This document shows, piece by piece, positions 1 to 13,900 of a DNA stretch of 64,000 nt. The stretch comes from Chrysemys picta bellii. Lineage: Eukaryota. The number at the start of each line of letters is the position of its first letter. Position 1 is the first letter of the stretch. The stretch lies in contig NC_088795.1 of NCBI RefSeq assembly GCF_011386835.1, positions 97,092,001-97,156,000 of the forward strand. Reading direction: 5' to 3'. The translations under genes were made by a program, and so were the position numbers. The notes under the pieces are model-generated. The model was given only the letters and a program-made list of their open reading frames with translations, did not search any database and was not told the origin of the DNA.

Positions 1-605
1 TCAACCCCTGTTTCTGCATATGCACAGTCAGATCTATTTGGAGCATGAGCCTTTGGTATGCACCTAGACAGAGAACCACACTCTCTTTCTAATTATGTTG
101 TAATTTGATTCCCCCCGAAAGGGCTACTTGGTAGCATGCACTTCGTTGGTGTAACTCGGGCATTTGAGATCCTTGAGTACAGATCTCTATCTGTGCTCAA
201 AAAAAGTTGCAAAAATATGTCAGCCTTTAGAAAAAGCTGCTTTTAGAGGGTAGCTGAATTTCAGAAATACCTTAGTCAAATGCCCCCCACTCCCATTTGG
301 ATCACTAACCAAACCTATGCCCCACCAAATTTCAAATCCACGGAACCGTGTGAATTTTAGAGCACTTAGAATAGTTGAGCTTTGAACAGAAAGCACCACT
401 TAACTTTAACTACAGCAGAGTTTGTACTCTCCTATACTATTATAGTCAAAAATCTCAAGCAGCACAAAATGATACTTCTTCAGCTAAATGACTGGAAATA
501 GATTTTATTTTGCAGAAATTATTGATTGCAGCATTCAGCACACCGATCAGCTATAATTACAAATCTGGAATATCAGAAAGGCTAAATTTTTTTCTCATTT
601 TTAAG

Positions 606-672
606 CCTTTCTTGGATAGATTCGTTCTTATTGAGCCAGCCCCTTCAAGAACAGATTGCAAAGCAAAACTCA
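606..672 (+). other. candidate exon (unverified)
   Basis: Acceptor TTTTTTTCTCATTTTTAAG|C and donor TCA|GTAAGG (alternative AAG|GTATTG at 677); open frame LSWIDSFLLSQPLQEQIAKQNS. Confidence 0.2.
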
Positions 673-1382
673 GTAAGGTATTGATTATAAACTAAACTGC
701 TTTGAAAGTCAAATCTAAGCATTGATTTGACTGCTAACATCCATGCAGAAATTGTGAATTCTGCTCTCCTGAATAGACCCAGTTTCACTCTGTATTCAGT
801 ACCTCAAAAAATAGAAATTGGATGCAGTTGGATAAACTGAACAAGCTTGGGGTGATGCTGACTGCTAGGGAGAAGTATTTTGAAGACCTAGAGTAGTTTA
901 CAATTGCTCCATCAGCTAACGGTCTCATCTTAGTCACAGACAGAGTGGTCCATAATCTCAATGTTTACTAGATTTAGCATTGGTTCTAGTCTTTCAGAGT
1001 GTATCACTCACCAGACCACATTCTTTCAACACCTAGTAAACAGATTATTCACCTTCCTCTAGGTGTGGATCTAGCCTCTGTGCCACATATCTTAATCACC
1101 TCTCAGTTTGACTGTTGCCAACAGGATTATCTCAGATTAACTTCAAAAGCCACTCACACACACACACTATATAACTAGACATTATAGTATCCTTTATTTT
1201 TCTCTAATATAGAAAAAAGGAAGAAAACTCTAGAAAATAAAATTTTAAAAAGTCATCAAAAGCGTAGAGATTGCAAAATGAAGCATACAAAATGCCAAAG
1301 TTAAAGCTGAACAAACACCTTTAACTATGCCTCTTTTTATATTTTTGACTATAATAGTATAGGAGAGTACAAACACCTTTAA

Positions 1383-3446
1383 CTGGCTGTATTTTAAAGA
1401 ATCCTTATTGAGGTTGCAGGAACAAACCATCCCGATGTGTAGAAAGAATAGTAAATATGGCAGGCGACCAGCTTGGCTAAACAGTGAAATCCTTGCTGAT
1501 CTTAAACACAAAAAAGAAGCTTACAAGAAGTGGAAGATTGGACAAATGACCAGGGAGGAGTATAAAAATATTGCTCAGGCGTGCAGGAGTGAAATCAGGA
1601 AGGCCAAATCACACTTGGAGTTGCAGTTAGCAAGAGATGTTAAGAGTAACAAGAAGGGTTTCTTCAGGTATGTTAGCAACAAGAAGAAAATCAAGGAAAG
1701 TGTGGGCCCCTTACTGAATGAGGGAGGCAACCTAGTGACCGAGGATGTGGAAAAAGCTAATGTACTCAATGATTTTTTTGCCTCTGTCTTCACGCACAAG
1801 GTCAGCTCCCAGATTGCTGCACTGGGCAGTACAGCATGGGGAGAAGGTGACCAACCCTCTGTGGAGAAAGAAGTGGTTCGGGACTATTTAGAAAAACTGG
1901 ACATGCACAAGTCCATGGGGCCGGATGCGCTGCATCCGAGGGTGCTAAAGGAGTTGGCCGGTGAGATTGCAGAGCCATTAGCCATTATTTTTGAAAACTC
2001 ATGGCGATCAGGGGAGGTCCCAGATGACTGGAAAAAGGCTAATGTAGTGCCCATCTTTAAAAAAGGGAAGAAGGAGGATCCGGGGAACTACAGGCCAGTC
2101 AGCCTCACCTCAGTCCCTGGAAAAATCATGGAGCAGGTCCTCAAGGAATCAATTATGAAACATTTAGAGGAGAGGAAAGTGATCAGGAACAGTCAGCATG
2201 GATTCACGAAGGGGAAGTCGTGCCTGACTAACCTAATTGCATTCTATGATGAGATAACTGGCTCTGTGGATGAGGGGAAAGCAGTGGATGTGTTATTCCT
2301 TGACTTTAGCAAAGCTTTTGATATGGTCTCCCACAGTATTCTTGCCGCCAAGTTAAAGAAGTATGGGCTGGATGAATGGACTGTAAGGTGGATAGAAAGC
2401 TGGCTAGATCGTCGGGCTCAACGGGTAGTGATCAATGGCTCCATGTCTAGTTGGCAGCCGGTTTCAAGTGGAGTGCCCCAAGTGTCGGTCCTGGGGCCGG
2501 TTCTGTTTAATATCTTTATTAATGATCTGGAGAATGGTGTGGACTGCACTCTCAGCAAGTTTGCAGATGACACTAAATTAGGAGGCGTGGTAGATACACT
2601 AGAGGATAGGGATCGGATACAGAGGGACCTAGACAAATTAGAGGATTGGGCCGAAAAAAACCTGATGAGGTTCAACAAGGACAAGTGCAGAGTCCTGCAC
2701 TTAGGACGGAAGAATCCCATGCACTGCTACAGACTAGGGACCGAATGGCTAGGTAGCAGTTCTGCAGAAAAGGACCTAGGGGTCACAGTGGACGAGAAGC
2801 TGGATATGAGTCAACAGTGTGCTCTTGTTGCCAAGAAGGCTAACGGCATTTTGGGCTGTATAAGTAGGGGCATTGCCAGCAGATCGAGGAACGTGATCGT
2901 TCCCCTTTATTCGACATTGGTGAGGCCTCATCTGGAATACTGTGTCCAGTTTTGGGCCCCACACTACAAGAAGGATGTGGAAAAATTGGAAAGAGTCCAG
3001 CGGAGGGCAACAAAAATGATTAGGGGTCTGGAGCACATGACTTATGAGGAGAGGCTGAGGGAACTGGGATTGTTTAGTCTCCAGAAGAGAAGAATGAGGC
3101 GGGATTTGATAGCAGCCTTCAACTACCTGAAGGGGGGTTCCAAAGAGGATGGAGCTCGGCTGTTCTCAGTGGTGGCAGATGACAGAACAAGGAGCAATGG
3201 TCTCAAGTTGCAGTGGGGGAGGTCCAGGTTGGATATCAGGAAAAACTATTTCACTAGGAGGGTGGTGAAACACTGGAATGCGTTACCTAGGGAGGTGGTG
3301 GAGTCTCCTTCCTTGGAGGTTTTTAAGGCCCGGCTTGACAAAGCCCTGGCTGGGATGATTTAGCTGGGAATTGGTCCTGCTTTGAGCAGGGGGTTGGACT
3401 AGATGACCTCTTGAGGTCCCTTCCAACTCTGAGATTCTATGATTCT
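1383..3446 (+). mobile_element. CR1 non-LTR retrotransposon (LINE), 5'-truncated, young copy
   Basis: RT ORF plus the CR1 3' end GGGGGTTGGACTAGATGACCTCTTGAGGTCCCTTCCAACTCTGAGATTCTATGATTCT ending at about 3446; CpGs still abundant; no TSD seen. Confidence 0.97.
1408..3363 (+). CDS. CR1 ORF2 remnant: reverse transcriptase and C-terminal region; endonuclease domain lost by 5' truncation
   Basis: 651 codons without a stop; motifs [51 protein letters not shown] (2560-2571), [14 protein letters not shown]. The ORF start is not the native start. Confidence 0.95.
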   Translation: MRLQEQTIPMCRKNSKYGRRPAWLNSEILADLKHKKEAYKKWKIGQMTREEYKNIAQACRSEIRKAKSHLELQLARDVKSNKKGFFRYVSNKKKIKESVGPLLNEGGNLVTEDVEKANVLNDFFASVFTHKVSSQIAALGSTAWGEGDQPSVEKEVVRDYLEKLDMHKSMGPDALHPRVLKELAGEIAEPLAIIFENSWRSGEVPDDWKKANVVPIFKKGKKEDPGNYRPVSLTSVPGKIMEQVLKESIMKHLEERKVIRNSQHGFTKGKSCLTNLIAFYDEITGSVDEGKAVDVLFLDFSKAFDMVSHSILAAKLKKYGLDEWTVRWIESWLDRRAQRVVINGSMSSWQPVSSGVPQVSVLGPVLFNIFINDLENGVDCTLSKFADDTKLGGVVDTLEDRDRIQRDLDKLEDWAEKNLMRFNKDKCRVLHLGRKNPMHCYRLGTEWLGSSSAEKDLGVTVDEKLDMSQQCALVAKKANGILGCISRGIASRSRNVIVPLYSTLVRPHLEYCVQFWAPHYKKDVEKLERVQRRATKMIRGLEHMTYEERLRELGLFSLQKRRMRRDLIAAFNYLKGGSKEDGARLFSVVADDRTRSNGLKLQWGRSRLDIRKNYFTRRVVKHWNALPREVVESPSLEVFKARLDKALAGMI

Positions 3447-3640
3447 CTTGTTTGTTCACATTACAGTCCAGTTTCTAATGAAATGATCAAATATATTTTC
3501 CTTATGATCCCATCATAAATACAGTTTATAATGGCCTAACTAGCGAGGAGTTTCCCCAAAGTTCCTAGAAAGTTTAGAAGTTTATTCTTCCTTACACAGT
3601 GGCTTTCCTATTTCTTCTCTTTTTTCCAAAGACTGTTTGG

Positions 3641-4451
3641 TTTAGATCCTCAGGTACTCAGGTGTTACTCTCCTCAGCAATCCAATGCCAAATAATTTTG
3701 GTCCCCTGCCACCCAATGGAATCGTTAACTTTAAGCTAAATGCCCAATCACTATGCAAGGCCTGGGGAGAGTTCAGCACCTAAGAAAGGGGCTGCTGCCT
3801 AAATTAGCCAGAAATGAAGTGCCACTGGGAGGGGTGGAGGGGAAGAGATGCCTAAGTAGTTCATGTTGTGCACATGGTTGATGGGCTGGAAATAGCCATC
3901 TGTCTCTGCTCAGGTTCCTCAGCCATGAATCCTCTCCTGGAATTAGTCACCTAAGCCAAGTTAGCTGCTCAAGTGGCCCATGTTCTAGCAGCCATAACCC
4001 TCTTTCTCTATCACTCTTGAGACCATGCTCACCCTATATTTTGCTGTAACCCCAGCTGCCTTTTGTGCAGGCATTGTGCTGTCCCCCCATTTATTGGACT
4101 GTATCCAGCTCTCCTGCTGTGGGGTCTGACAGGCATCAAGTCTTAGGCCTGCTCAGAGCATGCCTAGGGGACTAGGTCCTCTGGTGAGATGGGTATTCCT
4201 CTACCGAGTCTGAGAATCCCGAGTCTTCAGGGACTTGAGCTTGTGCTTGGGTTCAGAACTGCTCATTAATTGTGGTTGACATTAGGACTTAGCTGACTGG
4301 TGGAAATATAGGCACCTAGGGGACTTAGGTGCCTATGGAGTTAGGTGGCAGCTGAATGGCGGTGTTGAAAAATGTCATCAGCCCCTAAAAGATGGATGTA
4401 GATTCCCAAAGATGCAGTTAGGCACCAAAATACCTTTGAGGATTTGGGCCC
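3641..4451. mobile_element. old non-autonomous DNA element rich in TAGGCACC/GGTGCCTA-type motifs
   Basis: Right end ATACCTTTGAGGATTTGGGCCC, degenerate left end AGATCCTCAGGTACTCAGGTG, repeated GCACCTA/TAGGTGCC motifs inside. Confidence 0.4.
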
Positions 4452-5118
4452 TTGTCCTTTCTTGAGTTCAAGTTTGGACAGATACACAGTGAATGAGGCA
4501 AGAGTATATAGTGAGTGAGACAGGAGTCTTGTGAATCCATGCCTTATTCTGGCCTAAAATCTGTTGGCAACTACCACAGTGTAAATCATTAAAATATTTA
4601 CACCAAGGATCAGCAAGAGTAGATTTGCACCCTCAGTGTTCAGGTTGGACTTTGTACTGTGGATGAGTCAAGAACTCTCACAATGAACAGCAAGGATAAG
4701 AACATATAATCCATTGTGTTTTGGCTAAGGCCGGTAACCTGAAGAAATAATATTATGTGATTGGATAGCCCAAGGCTATATTTTAAAGGTATATGCACAA
4801 GCAGGCAAAATTAAGGTTGTATGGGCAGTCTTAACTTTGCTATTGAATGCTTTGCAGCATTAACATGCTTTTATGATTTTTTTATATGAAATAATATAAA
4901 CCGCTTGTTAGTTCATCTGTAAGCATGAAATGTACTTTCATCTCCAGGTTTTAAAACAAAATCAGAGTTATTTATTTTGATGGTAAAAATATTTAATCCC
5001 TTCTTTTTTTCTTATTGTCACAATACACAGTATCTGCATTTTTTACCCAAGAAGTCTATGGAAGATCAGTATAATCAGTATAATCACTTGGCCAAGATCT
5101 CCTACCTGTTCTACTTAC

Positions 5119-5191
5119 CATAACTCTGATTTCAGTATTTATCAGCGGTTTAATCCATTTTTTGACTGTGAATACATAATTGCCAAAATAT
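5119..5191 (-). other. candidate exon (unverified), phase 2 to 0
   Basis: Minus strand acceptor GTTTGCCAACAG|A, donor ATG|GTAAGT; only one open frame: YFGNYVFTVKKWIKPLINTEIRVM. Confidence 0.3.
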
Positions 5192-6529
5192 CTGTTGGCA
5201 AACTAAACCTTTACTGTGATCTCATCAGCTACCACAAGCTAAACAGTGTTGGGCTGGGTCAGTTGTTAATGGGAAATCTCAGATTTGGTATTCTTTGCTT
5301 CCTGACCTAATCTGTTGTGTAATGTTGTTCTGCACAGCCAGATAGTTGTCATGTTTCATCCAAGTGGTGCTGACAGGCAGTACAGGTCCCTTAGGGCACC
5401 AGAACAGGACTGTCGTGATTATGACACTGCCCGCTGTGGTTCCCCTAATAAAGGGAAATATCATCAAACCAGACAACGATACAGGAGAGCTCCAGGATAA
5501 TTTTTGACCCAAAGGAGTTCCTCCCTCAATTTAGGGAGGAAAAAAAAATAGCGGCATCCTACCAAACTCTGTATCTCATAAGACAGCTGTATCTCAGTTG
5601 CAATCAGGAGGTTTATAAAGAAAGGCACCAAGGGTGGAAATTTTAGCAGCACAGAACTCATCACATTCCACACTCAAGCTCGGACTCCTGGGTTCTGCTG
5701 GGCCCTTCTGGCGATTGGGGAGGGGCATGTGACCCTTCAAACCTGCTCCCGCCCATATTTCCCCAGGCAAACTGTCTCTCAAAGAAGGAAGCCACAGGGA
5801 AGTCTCTGAAGAAAAAAAACTACCAGGAGAAATGCCTCTGAATTTCCTGGGAGCTTAGGAAGTGTACCCAGGCCATTAAACCTTCGTGAACTTTTTCTTT
5901 CAGTTTATCTCTGATTACTGGAGTAGCCAAACCACAGTATCTGGAAGATCTAATGGTTTAATGTGTTGATATATTTTTGAACTCTTAACAATGAACATGA
6001 AAACATCTAAAAAAAGAGAATTTACTTCATTTATTTTGCTGTGGACACAGCAGCAAAACAACAACAGACACATGCATGGATTTAAGCATCAGGCCTCAAC
6101 TTTTTTAAACTTTAGCACAGGGCAGGGGCACCACCTACCTGTCACCCATAGTCTCCTCTACTAGGTATTTAATTGGCTCCAGTGCAGGGATTACAGGGCT
6201 CCTTAACATATAACCCATAATTTGTGCCAGGGTTACAGGACTCCTTAATCCATAATGTGGTGTAGGCTCTCCTCAGTCTACCCTGCAGGACTCAGCTCTC
6301 TGAGTCCTAGCACCTTTTCCCCACCATGAGAGGGTAGGGGGACAGAAGGGTGGGGACCTCAGCCCATGAAGGCCACGTGAGTCGAAGGCCAAACACCAAA
6401 ATCCCAGGTCTTTTACCTCTACGAACTGTTCATTTTATTCTCTTAACCACACTGGAAACTGGCCACAAGTTGTGGTGAATAAACAACTCCACCCCAGTTA
6501 GGTACTAAGCACATTCCTACTTACCCCAC

Positions 6530-6650
6530 TGCAGCTTGAAGGGGCTGTGAGGGAGGGGGGGAAAAACTCCCTGGTCCTCTGCCAATTGGCCTATGGGAGA
6601 AAAAAAATTTCTTCACCCCCTAAAGAAGCAATGAGCTAGACCCTAGCCTC
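6530..6650 (-). mobile_element. possible degraded CR1 3'UTR fragment
   Basis: GAAAAACTCCCTGGTCCTCTGCCAATTGGCC...TTTCTTCACCCCC resembles, from memory, the antisense 3'UTR of a turtle CR1 subfamily; a weaker similar stretch lies at about 49300-49370. Confidence 0.3.
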
Positions 6651-7761
6651 TATCAGGCCAGGTTCCCATTTCTAGTTAAGGGGGCTAGGTTGGGCTGCTG
6701 GAATGGAGCCAACAGAGGCTCCATATGGCCCCTGCACTGGGCTAAATCCTGGGAGCCAGGTAATGCTGGCCAATCAGCACCTCTCTCCCCCAGCTAGCCA
6801 ATGGGTACCAGAGATTCTCAGGGGGTGGAGCTACCTATTGTCCCTTGGTGAGTGTGTCCTTCCCTTGCTACTGGGACTGTCCCTCTTTCATCACTGGCCT
6901 CATTAAGTTCCCCCACCTGTTGATGCAAATGGGTGACATTTCTAATAAGACTCTACTCAGATATTTTGACAATTATATCTATGTAAGAACCAGATTTGTG
7001 GGAAGACTGGAACCAGGGCCTGGCCACAGTGGTCTATGAAGTGATCCCTGAATAGTTTAACTGTATGTTTTGCTAAAGCTACACTTGATACATTTATTAG
7101 AGTAAATGTAAGAAGATATTATTTAGATACAGTCTGTCTGAGTTGGAGTGGAAGTTTGCATGAGAAAGGTGAGCTCTATAATTCTCTATCAAAAATAGGC
7201 ATAAAAATGAACAGGCAAAATTCTCTCTTTTTCTACATAAAGCCTCTTTGATGTGGCCAAGTATGGGGACGGTAAGCAAGTAATATCAGTCCACAGTCAG
7301 TCTGAACCAAGGTGCAGGGCTGGAACTCAACTCACCCCTGCCCTACTCAATCCAGGCCTAGCACTGACTGTCTCCACTTCCTGCAATTTGTCTAGGCCAC
7401 CAGACCCATGCAGATCCAGTGCCCCTACACTGCCCTCTACGCTGGCCTATTTATACATTTACTAAAAAATATTATCATGATTCTGGGAACATTTTTTGAT
7501 ACGAATGCAGACAAATCTTATGCACACCTGGCTGACAAATGACTAGAAAATTAACTCTCTTTGATGTGCAGTATCTGATGAAGATTGATTCTTTTCTTCT
7601 TACTATGCTGCTTGAAGTTAAAGCAAATGGCTCATTTTGACACAGACAGCATTTGCTGAGTGCTGTTCAAAGAAATATGCATTGTAGCTGGGAGGGAAGA
7701 GATAAATTCTTTCCCTTGGATAAGGAAGGGTGGTGATTTCTCTTCCCAGGCTGAAACTTAC

Positions 7762-7818
7762 ATTTTTCAAGGGCCTCCTTCAGTCTGTTCTCAGCAAATA
7801 TCGAAAAACCAGAAACAC
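7762..7818 (-). other. candidate exon (unverified), 57 nt, phase 1 to 1
   Basis: Acceptor CCATTTTATTCAG|G, donor AAT|GTAAGT; frame GVSGFSIFAENRLKEALEK; retains a CpG. Confidence 0.33.
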
Positions 7819-8528
7819 CTGAATAAAATGGTTTGCTACAGCTTCTGATGAGTCTAAGCACGAGCCCAACACTTTATTACTTAGGCCTTTTTAATAGCTT
7901 GAAGAACATCAGCCAGAAAGATGTAATAGTTTTTCTAAGGAAACTATATCATAAAAGTCACAGTTGACCTTTTCAGAGCACAAGAAGGAAGAAAAAGTGT
8001 TTGACCTTTATTACATTTATTAACTATAAAGCTTGTCAGTGTTTGTTTGTTTTCAATGGCAAAAAGAGCAAGTGCCTGACAACGTGCAGTGACTTATCAT
8101 CTGTAATGTTAGTCTGCACTGATTCATGTAGAACCAGGGTTCGCAAACCTTTTTATAATGTGAACCATTTCTTAATGGCGAGATTAGGCCAGATTCTCCA
8201 TTGTGGTGCAGCTGCTTTGGGCTGGCAGTCAGACCCTAAAAACAGCTTAACTGGAATATGTAGGTTCACCCTAGTAAAAGGATGATCTTTCACTGCTATA
8301 GAATGGATATAGGGGCTTTTATGCCATACAACTCTTCTTGCTGCCAACATAAAAAGGAAAAGTAAATATAACTGGGATGCTCCCATCCCTATCTTTAGCT
8401 GTTTTTTTGACAGTTTGGACTCGTTTTCAGAAGGAGTAAGGTCTTCAAAGATGCAATCAGAGCAGGATTTGATCCTTTAAAAATTAAGTAAATAAAAGCT
8501 CTAGGGAGGGGAGAAGTGGTATGGGGGG

Positions 8529-8930
8529 TGTTAGAGAGTGCTGAGGCCTGACAGGTGAGTCTTCACTCTGATCATGGAAGCCTCAATTAGTTTCCCAGTG
8601 ATGGCTGATGGAGCAGTTAGCTAATCAGGAGTAGACTCTGGGGAGGTAAGGAACTAATTAGCCCTCTGCTGGCTAACCTGATAAAAGCCAGGAAGGAAGT
8701 GTTACAAGGAGTGAGGGAAGGGTAGGAGTAGATGAGTCCAGACTAAAAGAGTGTGGGAGAGGGAGAGATCTTTTCTTTTCCTAGGGCTATGGTAAAGAGG
8801 AACTGAAAATGCAGGGTTAAAAAAAAAATCTATGGTGTTGCAGTGATGTTAGCAGAAGGGTTTAGAATAAATTAGACTGAACACTAAAGGAAGGTGGTTT
8901 GCCCTTTTGAATGGAATACATTGGTTACCC
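8529..8930 (+). mobile_element. LTR-like fragment
   Basis: Starts TGTTA; TATA-like ATAAAA at 8681 followed by a purine-rich stretch and AATAAA at 8866; right end and TSD not resolved. Confidence 0.35.
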
Positions 8931-9991
8931 TTAAAATGTTCTAATGATCTAAGGTAATGAAATAATGTTACCTTAGTATCTTCAGTATTCCAAGAGCCAG
9001 TCCATAGTTAAAGTTGCAAGCTGAATTTCTTTTCTGAGCCTGTTTTGACACTGCCTTCCCCTATCAAATCTGCAGGCACAGGAATATTAACCTCTAAATT
9101 ATTAGGCTAGGTTGAGGACTGAAAGAGACACTTTCTAGGAAATTTGAAGTGAATGGAATAATTAATTGCTTAATTATGACAATCTAAGAATAGGGATGTT
9201 TGCTAGAGTTCCAAAGATTTGAATGGTCACTTCATAGAGAGAAAGAAACAAGTGTGGCCTCAGAGACCAAATAAAAGAAAGAAACAAACTTAGTCTGAGT
9301 ACTTACTACTTAAGTAATTTACTTTAATCAAGGTGCACAGGGCCAAGCCTGAGCTTATTCAATTCTACTATTTAAAAGCTTAATTTTAAATTAATGTCAG
9401 AATACCTCAGTGGCTCCAGCAAATTTAAAACTAAACTAAGGTGTCAAAGAACTGCTGAAGACCCAAGCTTTCATTTAACAATATAAAGCAAGTCTCAAAC
9501 TCCTTTCATGGTCCAGATAGACTGCAAAATGTAACCAAGTCTCAGGGAGACTTGTCAATGGAAAAAGAATTATTCCAGCAAAACTGAAGTTAATCATATG
9601 CACTGTCAGTAAGCTAAAACAAATTAACAATTATGGCATTCACTAGGGTTACAGAATTCTTCCAATACTCTTCTTTTTGCTAGATCCCAGCCTAATTTTA
9701 AATATCTCCCACTCTCAATTCTTAAGTCTGTTGATTTATCTGTTTTCATGGGACTAATTCCTACTTGCTCTACTTTCCCTATACCAAAGTCCCCTATTAG
9801 CAACATGTGCCCTTTTCTCTAAAATGTGACTATTACTTGTTGTGGAAAACAAACCTTATCTCTGGATTTCCTGGGTTTCTAATGTCATTTTAACTTGAAC
9901 ATGCTTGAGAGATGCATTCTAAACTCTGATCTGTGCCTCCAGCCTTAACTTCACCCTGATGAAGTATTTTTGATTGGGAGCAGCCAATACA

Positions 9992-10126
9992 GGGCCCTTA
10001 CTATCTTGGAGTAAAACTTTACTGAACAACCTGTCTCCTTTATTTCAAAGGACCCATCTATTTCAATGGGACTACTAAGTGAGTAAGGTACTACACAATT
10101 TGAGTAAGGATTGCAAAATCTGGCCC
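9992..10126. mobile_element. short GGGCC...GGCCC-ended MITE
   Basis: GGGCCC start, AAAATCTGGCCC end, central CCCATCTATTTCAATGGG quasi-palindrome typical of this family. Confidence 0.55.
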
Positions 10127-10702
10127 ATACTCAATACTCTAAATACTGAGGTAACATTATCAACAGTAATTGGAAGTACTTTTAAGGCCAACTATGGCTT
10201 TTAGTTTTTAAGCACAGCCATATGAAATCAATTCACTGAGTTACAAATTATTTGTCAGATTTCTTACCATGAATTTTAGGTTACTAAGTAAATCAATTTA
10301 TGCTGTATTCTAGCCTTACTCTCCTTCCAGCAAATAAATACCGATAGATATTGATGCTTTGCAAAAACTTCAAAAATCAAGTAACTTGTAATAATTTACA
10401 TATTTCCATAAACCATTTAATATTTTTCATTATAACATTTTGAAATATGAGTGGGAAGTAATATTTCTTCTCCAAAATGTATTGCTGTCTATTGCTCTGT
10501 CAATAAATTGATGGAAACTAGACATCCTACCTTCAATGGTGCGTAGGTTCCAGTCCTGTAAGCGGCTCTTCCTGAGCAGACCCTTGCGTAGATACCAAGC
10601 CCTGTTGACTTCAGGTGGTTTCACATGAGCAGAAATGTTCATCCACAGAGATTTTCTTGTGGGATCAGAGCCTAAGGATTGCTGCAGTCTTTTCAGTGGT
10701 AT

Positions 10703-10919
10703 TAGAGGGGGTCCAAAATATCAAATATTTTCCATGAGAAATATCAAAAGAGAGAATTTTCTTTTTAAAAAATTGATGAAATTTACAGGGTTTTTTTTAT
10801 GAAAAAACAAAAAAAATGTTTCAGTTTTCAAAAGTCAAAAAAATTAGGGTTTTTTAATGAAAATTTTTGGTAGACATTAGAAGGCTATTGTTTAATCGAA
10901 AAAAATTCAGCCAGCCCTA
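10703..10919. mobile_element. AT-rich hAT-like MITE (TAGAG...CCCTA ends)
   Basis: Degenerate termini TAGAGGGGGTC / CCAGCCCTA; same composition as 53928-54479; TSD not preserved. Confidence 0.45.
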
Positions 10920-13900
10920 ACAGACATTCAGTTTTCTAGTACAACAAACAGTAGGCAATTTCCTTTATCCACATTGTTCAAAGTACTAGGATAGAGTGGC
11001 ATTAACCTCCAACCTTCAAAATCTTTAGACATTCTCACCTCTGAGCTAATGAAATACATTCTCTCTATATTAGAAAAGAGATTTTGTAACAATATAAAAA
11101 AAAGTTTAGCATTTTCATTCTCTTTTATTATCTACATTGAATGCTGAATACAGGATGCCTCACAGAGATTATGGTACCAATAATTATCTGCAGTAACTAA
11201 GTATGAATAAAAAGACTCCCTCTCTTAAATAAATCATTATTTATGAGATTATCACATGTAAACAATTAAAATACTAGGTTGTGGCACCTTGTCTCTGAAA
11301 AGAGAGAACATTCAAACATAATTGAAGTTATTTTAATTAAGACAAAATGAATCTCCAGTTTTCCACTAGATACATTTACAGGCCTTGCCTTAATACGTGG
11401 TTGTATTTACCACATGGCATTATCACAGACTGGGCTTCAGGCTGTTAGGAATATTAAAATGAACCACAGGCAGTAGGATCTACATAGCACAGCCTTTACA
11501 CAGGTAGTCTGTGGGAGGGGCAGAGCGCCCTGAAACCAATATCACTGAACCAATAAAAGTGCATGGTTGTGTCCCCCACTGCCCCATGTTCACTGAGCCC
11601 ATAGCCAGCCATACAAAATTAGAAAGAAAATAAAAAATGAGGGGCCAGGTGTCCCTCTCCCATAGGAAAAAATAAATACCTTATGAGCTGCTTATGGATT
11701 TTTAAAAGATTTAAAATACAAAACAATTTTTAAAGTAAAACAGAAAGTCTACCTGGTAATGTTTTACTGGAATTCTCTACCAGAAAAAAATGCCATTGCC
11801 AAATTCCTCACACCCAAACCACAAGGCCCCAAACACTCTTGCATATTTCTAACCATCCACCTGCATACTAGGCTAACCTGAGCCATTATAATAGCTAAAC
11901 TCCCCCCCCCATATTTAGAGAAAACATCTCTTCTAATATATGGGGAATGTGTTTTTTTTTCTCCCCTATATTGGTCCCACACACAGGATGCTGCAGCAGC
12001 ACAATAAGGCTGCTGTAATTTCTCTTCTGACCTGGAAACATTTCTCCTGCAGAGCCCCCAAAGTCCATGGCACTGGTTGATGGGAGGTAGTTCAGGGAAT
12101 TAATTGAGTCACTGCACCTTCTGGGCAGCCTCCACCAGCTGTGGAACCCCAACAGGTGGTGCACATACAGTCGGTCTTCCCATAGGTAACTACTTGGAAG
12201 TGTGCAGCCCCTTTTGGGGAGATGTAGTTTATACATTCCCAAGCCAGCAGGAGTGAATCAAAATCCTACTACTAACTCTAATGGACACAATGTGTACAGT
12301 GTTTTGGAAAGATCTTGTTCTCTGCACATGCTAAGTATTTGTATTTCTACCAAGTCTCCTTCAATCCATCCTCCAAACCCCGAATTGCACTTTCATACAA
12401 TCCTTAATTGTTTTCATCTGCTCACCTGTCATTGTTACTTGGTGTGTCAAAAGGTATTTGTCAGAGTTAGTTACACTGTGATTGCTATACTACGCTTTAA
12501 CATCTTGGAAGATATTTATTTAAGAAGGTATTATTTACTCCTACTTATTTTACCAGTACATATGTAGTTAATACAGTATGTTGTGAGGCAAAAAAGAAAG
12601 ACCAATATAAGGGGGTAGAGGCAATCCAATAGCAGGCATCAGAATTAGATGATGGGTACAATGCATATGCTCCCATCACTAATGTTTTTGAGACCGGTAT
12701 ATGCACAGGGAGAATCCTGTTTAAAAACTCTGTAAGACTTTTAGTCATCTCAATAAAATGTGTCTTTTCACTGTCTGCTGCTTATCTGTGAACAAAGAAA
12801 TAGTGGTAGCATGATAGCAAAGGAGGTAATGAAATGCAAGTTAAGGCTTATTGATATGAAACTCTCCATAGACAGTTACATTTAGAGAGTCTTGTCTAAA
12901 GGACCACCTAAGAGCTGGTTGCTGTAACTGCACCCAAACAGTCATTAGGGGTTAGAGGTGGGTTAAGCATTCTTTTTTGTCTGGTTGGGGGACTTGCAGA
13001 GGCATATGAACTAGTCAGTGCTTAGCATTGAGAACTCTTGGCTCACGTGTCTTTGGGCTGAAGGGTTTCACAGTTCAGGGGACAGGACATCACAGAGCCC
13101 AGCCCTTGATCCAGAAAAGCAGCTCCTCTCTCACCATTTGTCTCTCTTAGTTGGAATTTCTGCAACTGGGGTTACCTGTACATAGCTGTGTTGCTGGTTT
13201 TGCCCTTTTTCTGGAAAGTAAACAGTACTTGTGTACACACAGTAAATGGAATGGACTAAGAGGAAATCCACTGAGTCCCTGTTTCACTATTTTTTTCCTT
13301 CTAGTGATGAACAGATCCACTTCAAAGTCCCAAAACTGGAATTGCCCTGGCAAAGCAGCAACAAAGAAATAGAGAGCTTTCTCTCTATTTCCCTATTTAA
13401 ATCAAATAAACCCCTCCAACAACAACAGATCAGCAATTCATAGCCTCAGACACACTTCTTTCCTTTTTAACAATAAACAAATATTGTACTTAGATTTGAA
13501 TTTGCTTCTTAGCAGCAGCACAGAGATGATAGATGCTAGCTAACTAATATTTGCTCATGTAATTCACTAATATAAGAACTCAGGTAAGAAGTTGATGGGA
13601 AATGAAAGCTCAGGATGCAAAACTCTAGTACCATTCCATTTTGGATTAATTTTTTTAGCTTTATCTCCGTTACCATGGTGATTTTTGCAGAGGGAATCCA
13701 AGGGTTTTGGAAGGCTATAGAATGGAGTCAATTATTCCTTATATTAACACTTGAAACCTGAATTTTCAAACTCCAGCATGGTGCATCTTGTAAACGGAGG
13801 TCAGTGCTGGAGAACTTGTTATGATGCCTTTAATATAGAAACAGCAATAAAACTATATAGGGAAAAATGCTAAATGTGTACCATGGAAAAGGGCTCAGGG

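Noticed and set aside
1575-3036. Minus-strand ORFs inside the CR1
   Set aside because: Antisense shadows of the RT frame.
6139-6160. 22-nt minus microexon that would link the 7762 and 5191 candidates in frame
   Set aside because: Acceptor lacks a pyrimidine tract and lies in repeat-like sequence; found only by looking for the needed phase.
9624-9806. Minus ORF with LLIGDFGIGK, resembling a kinase DFG motif
   Set aside because: Spacing from GH to DFG is one residue too long, no other kinase subdomains are nearby, and the splice context is weak.
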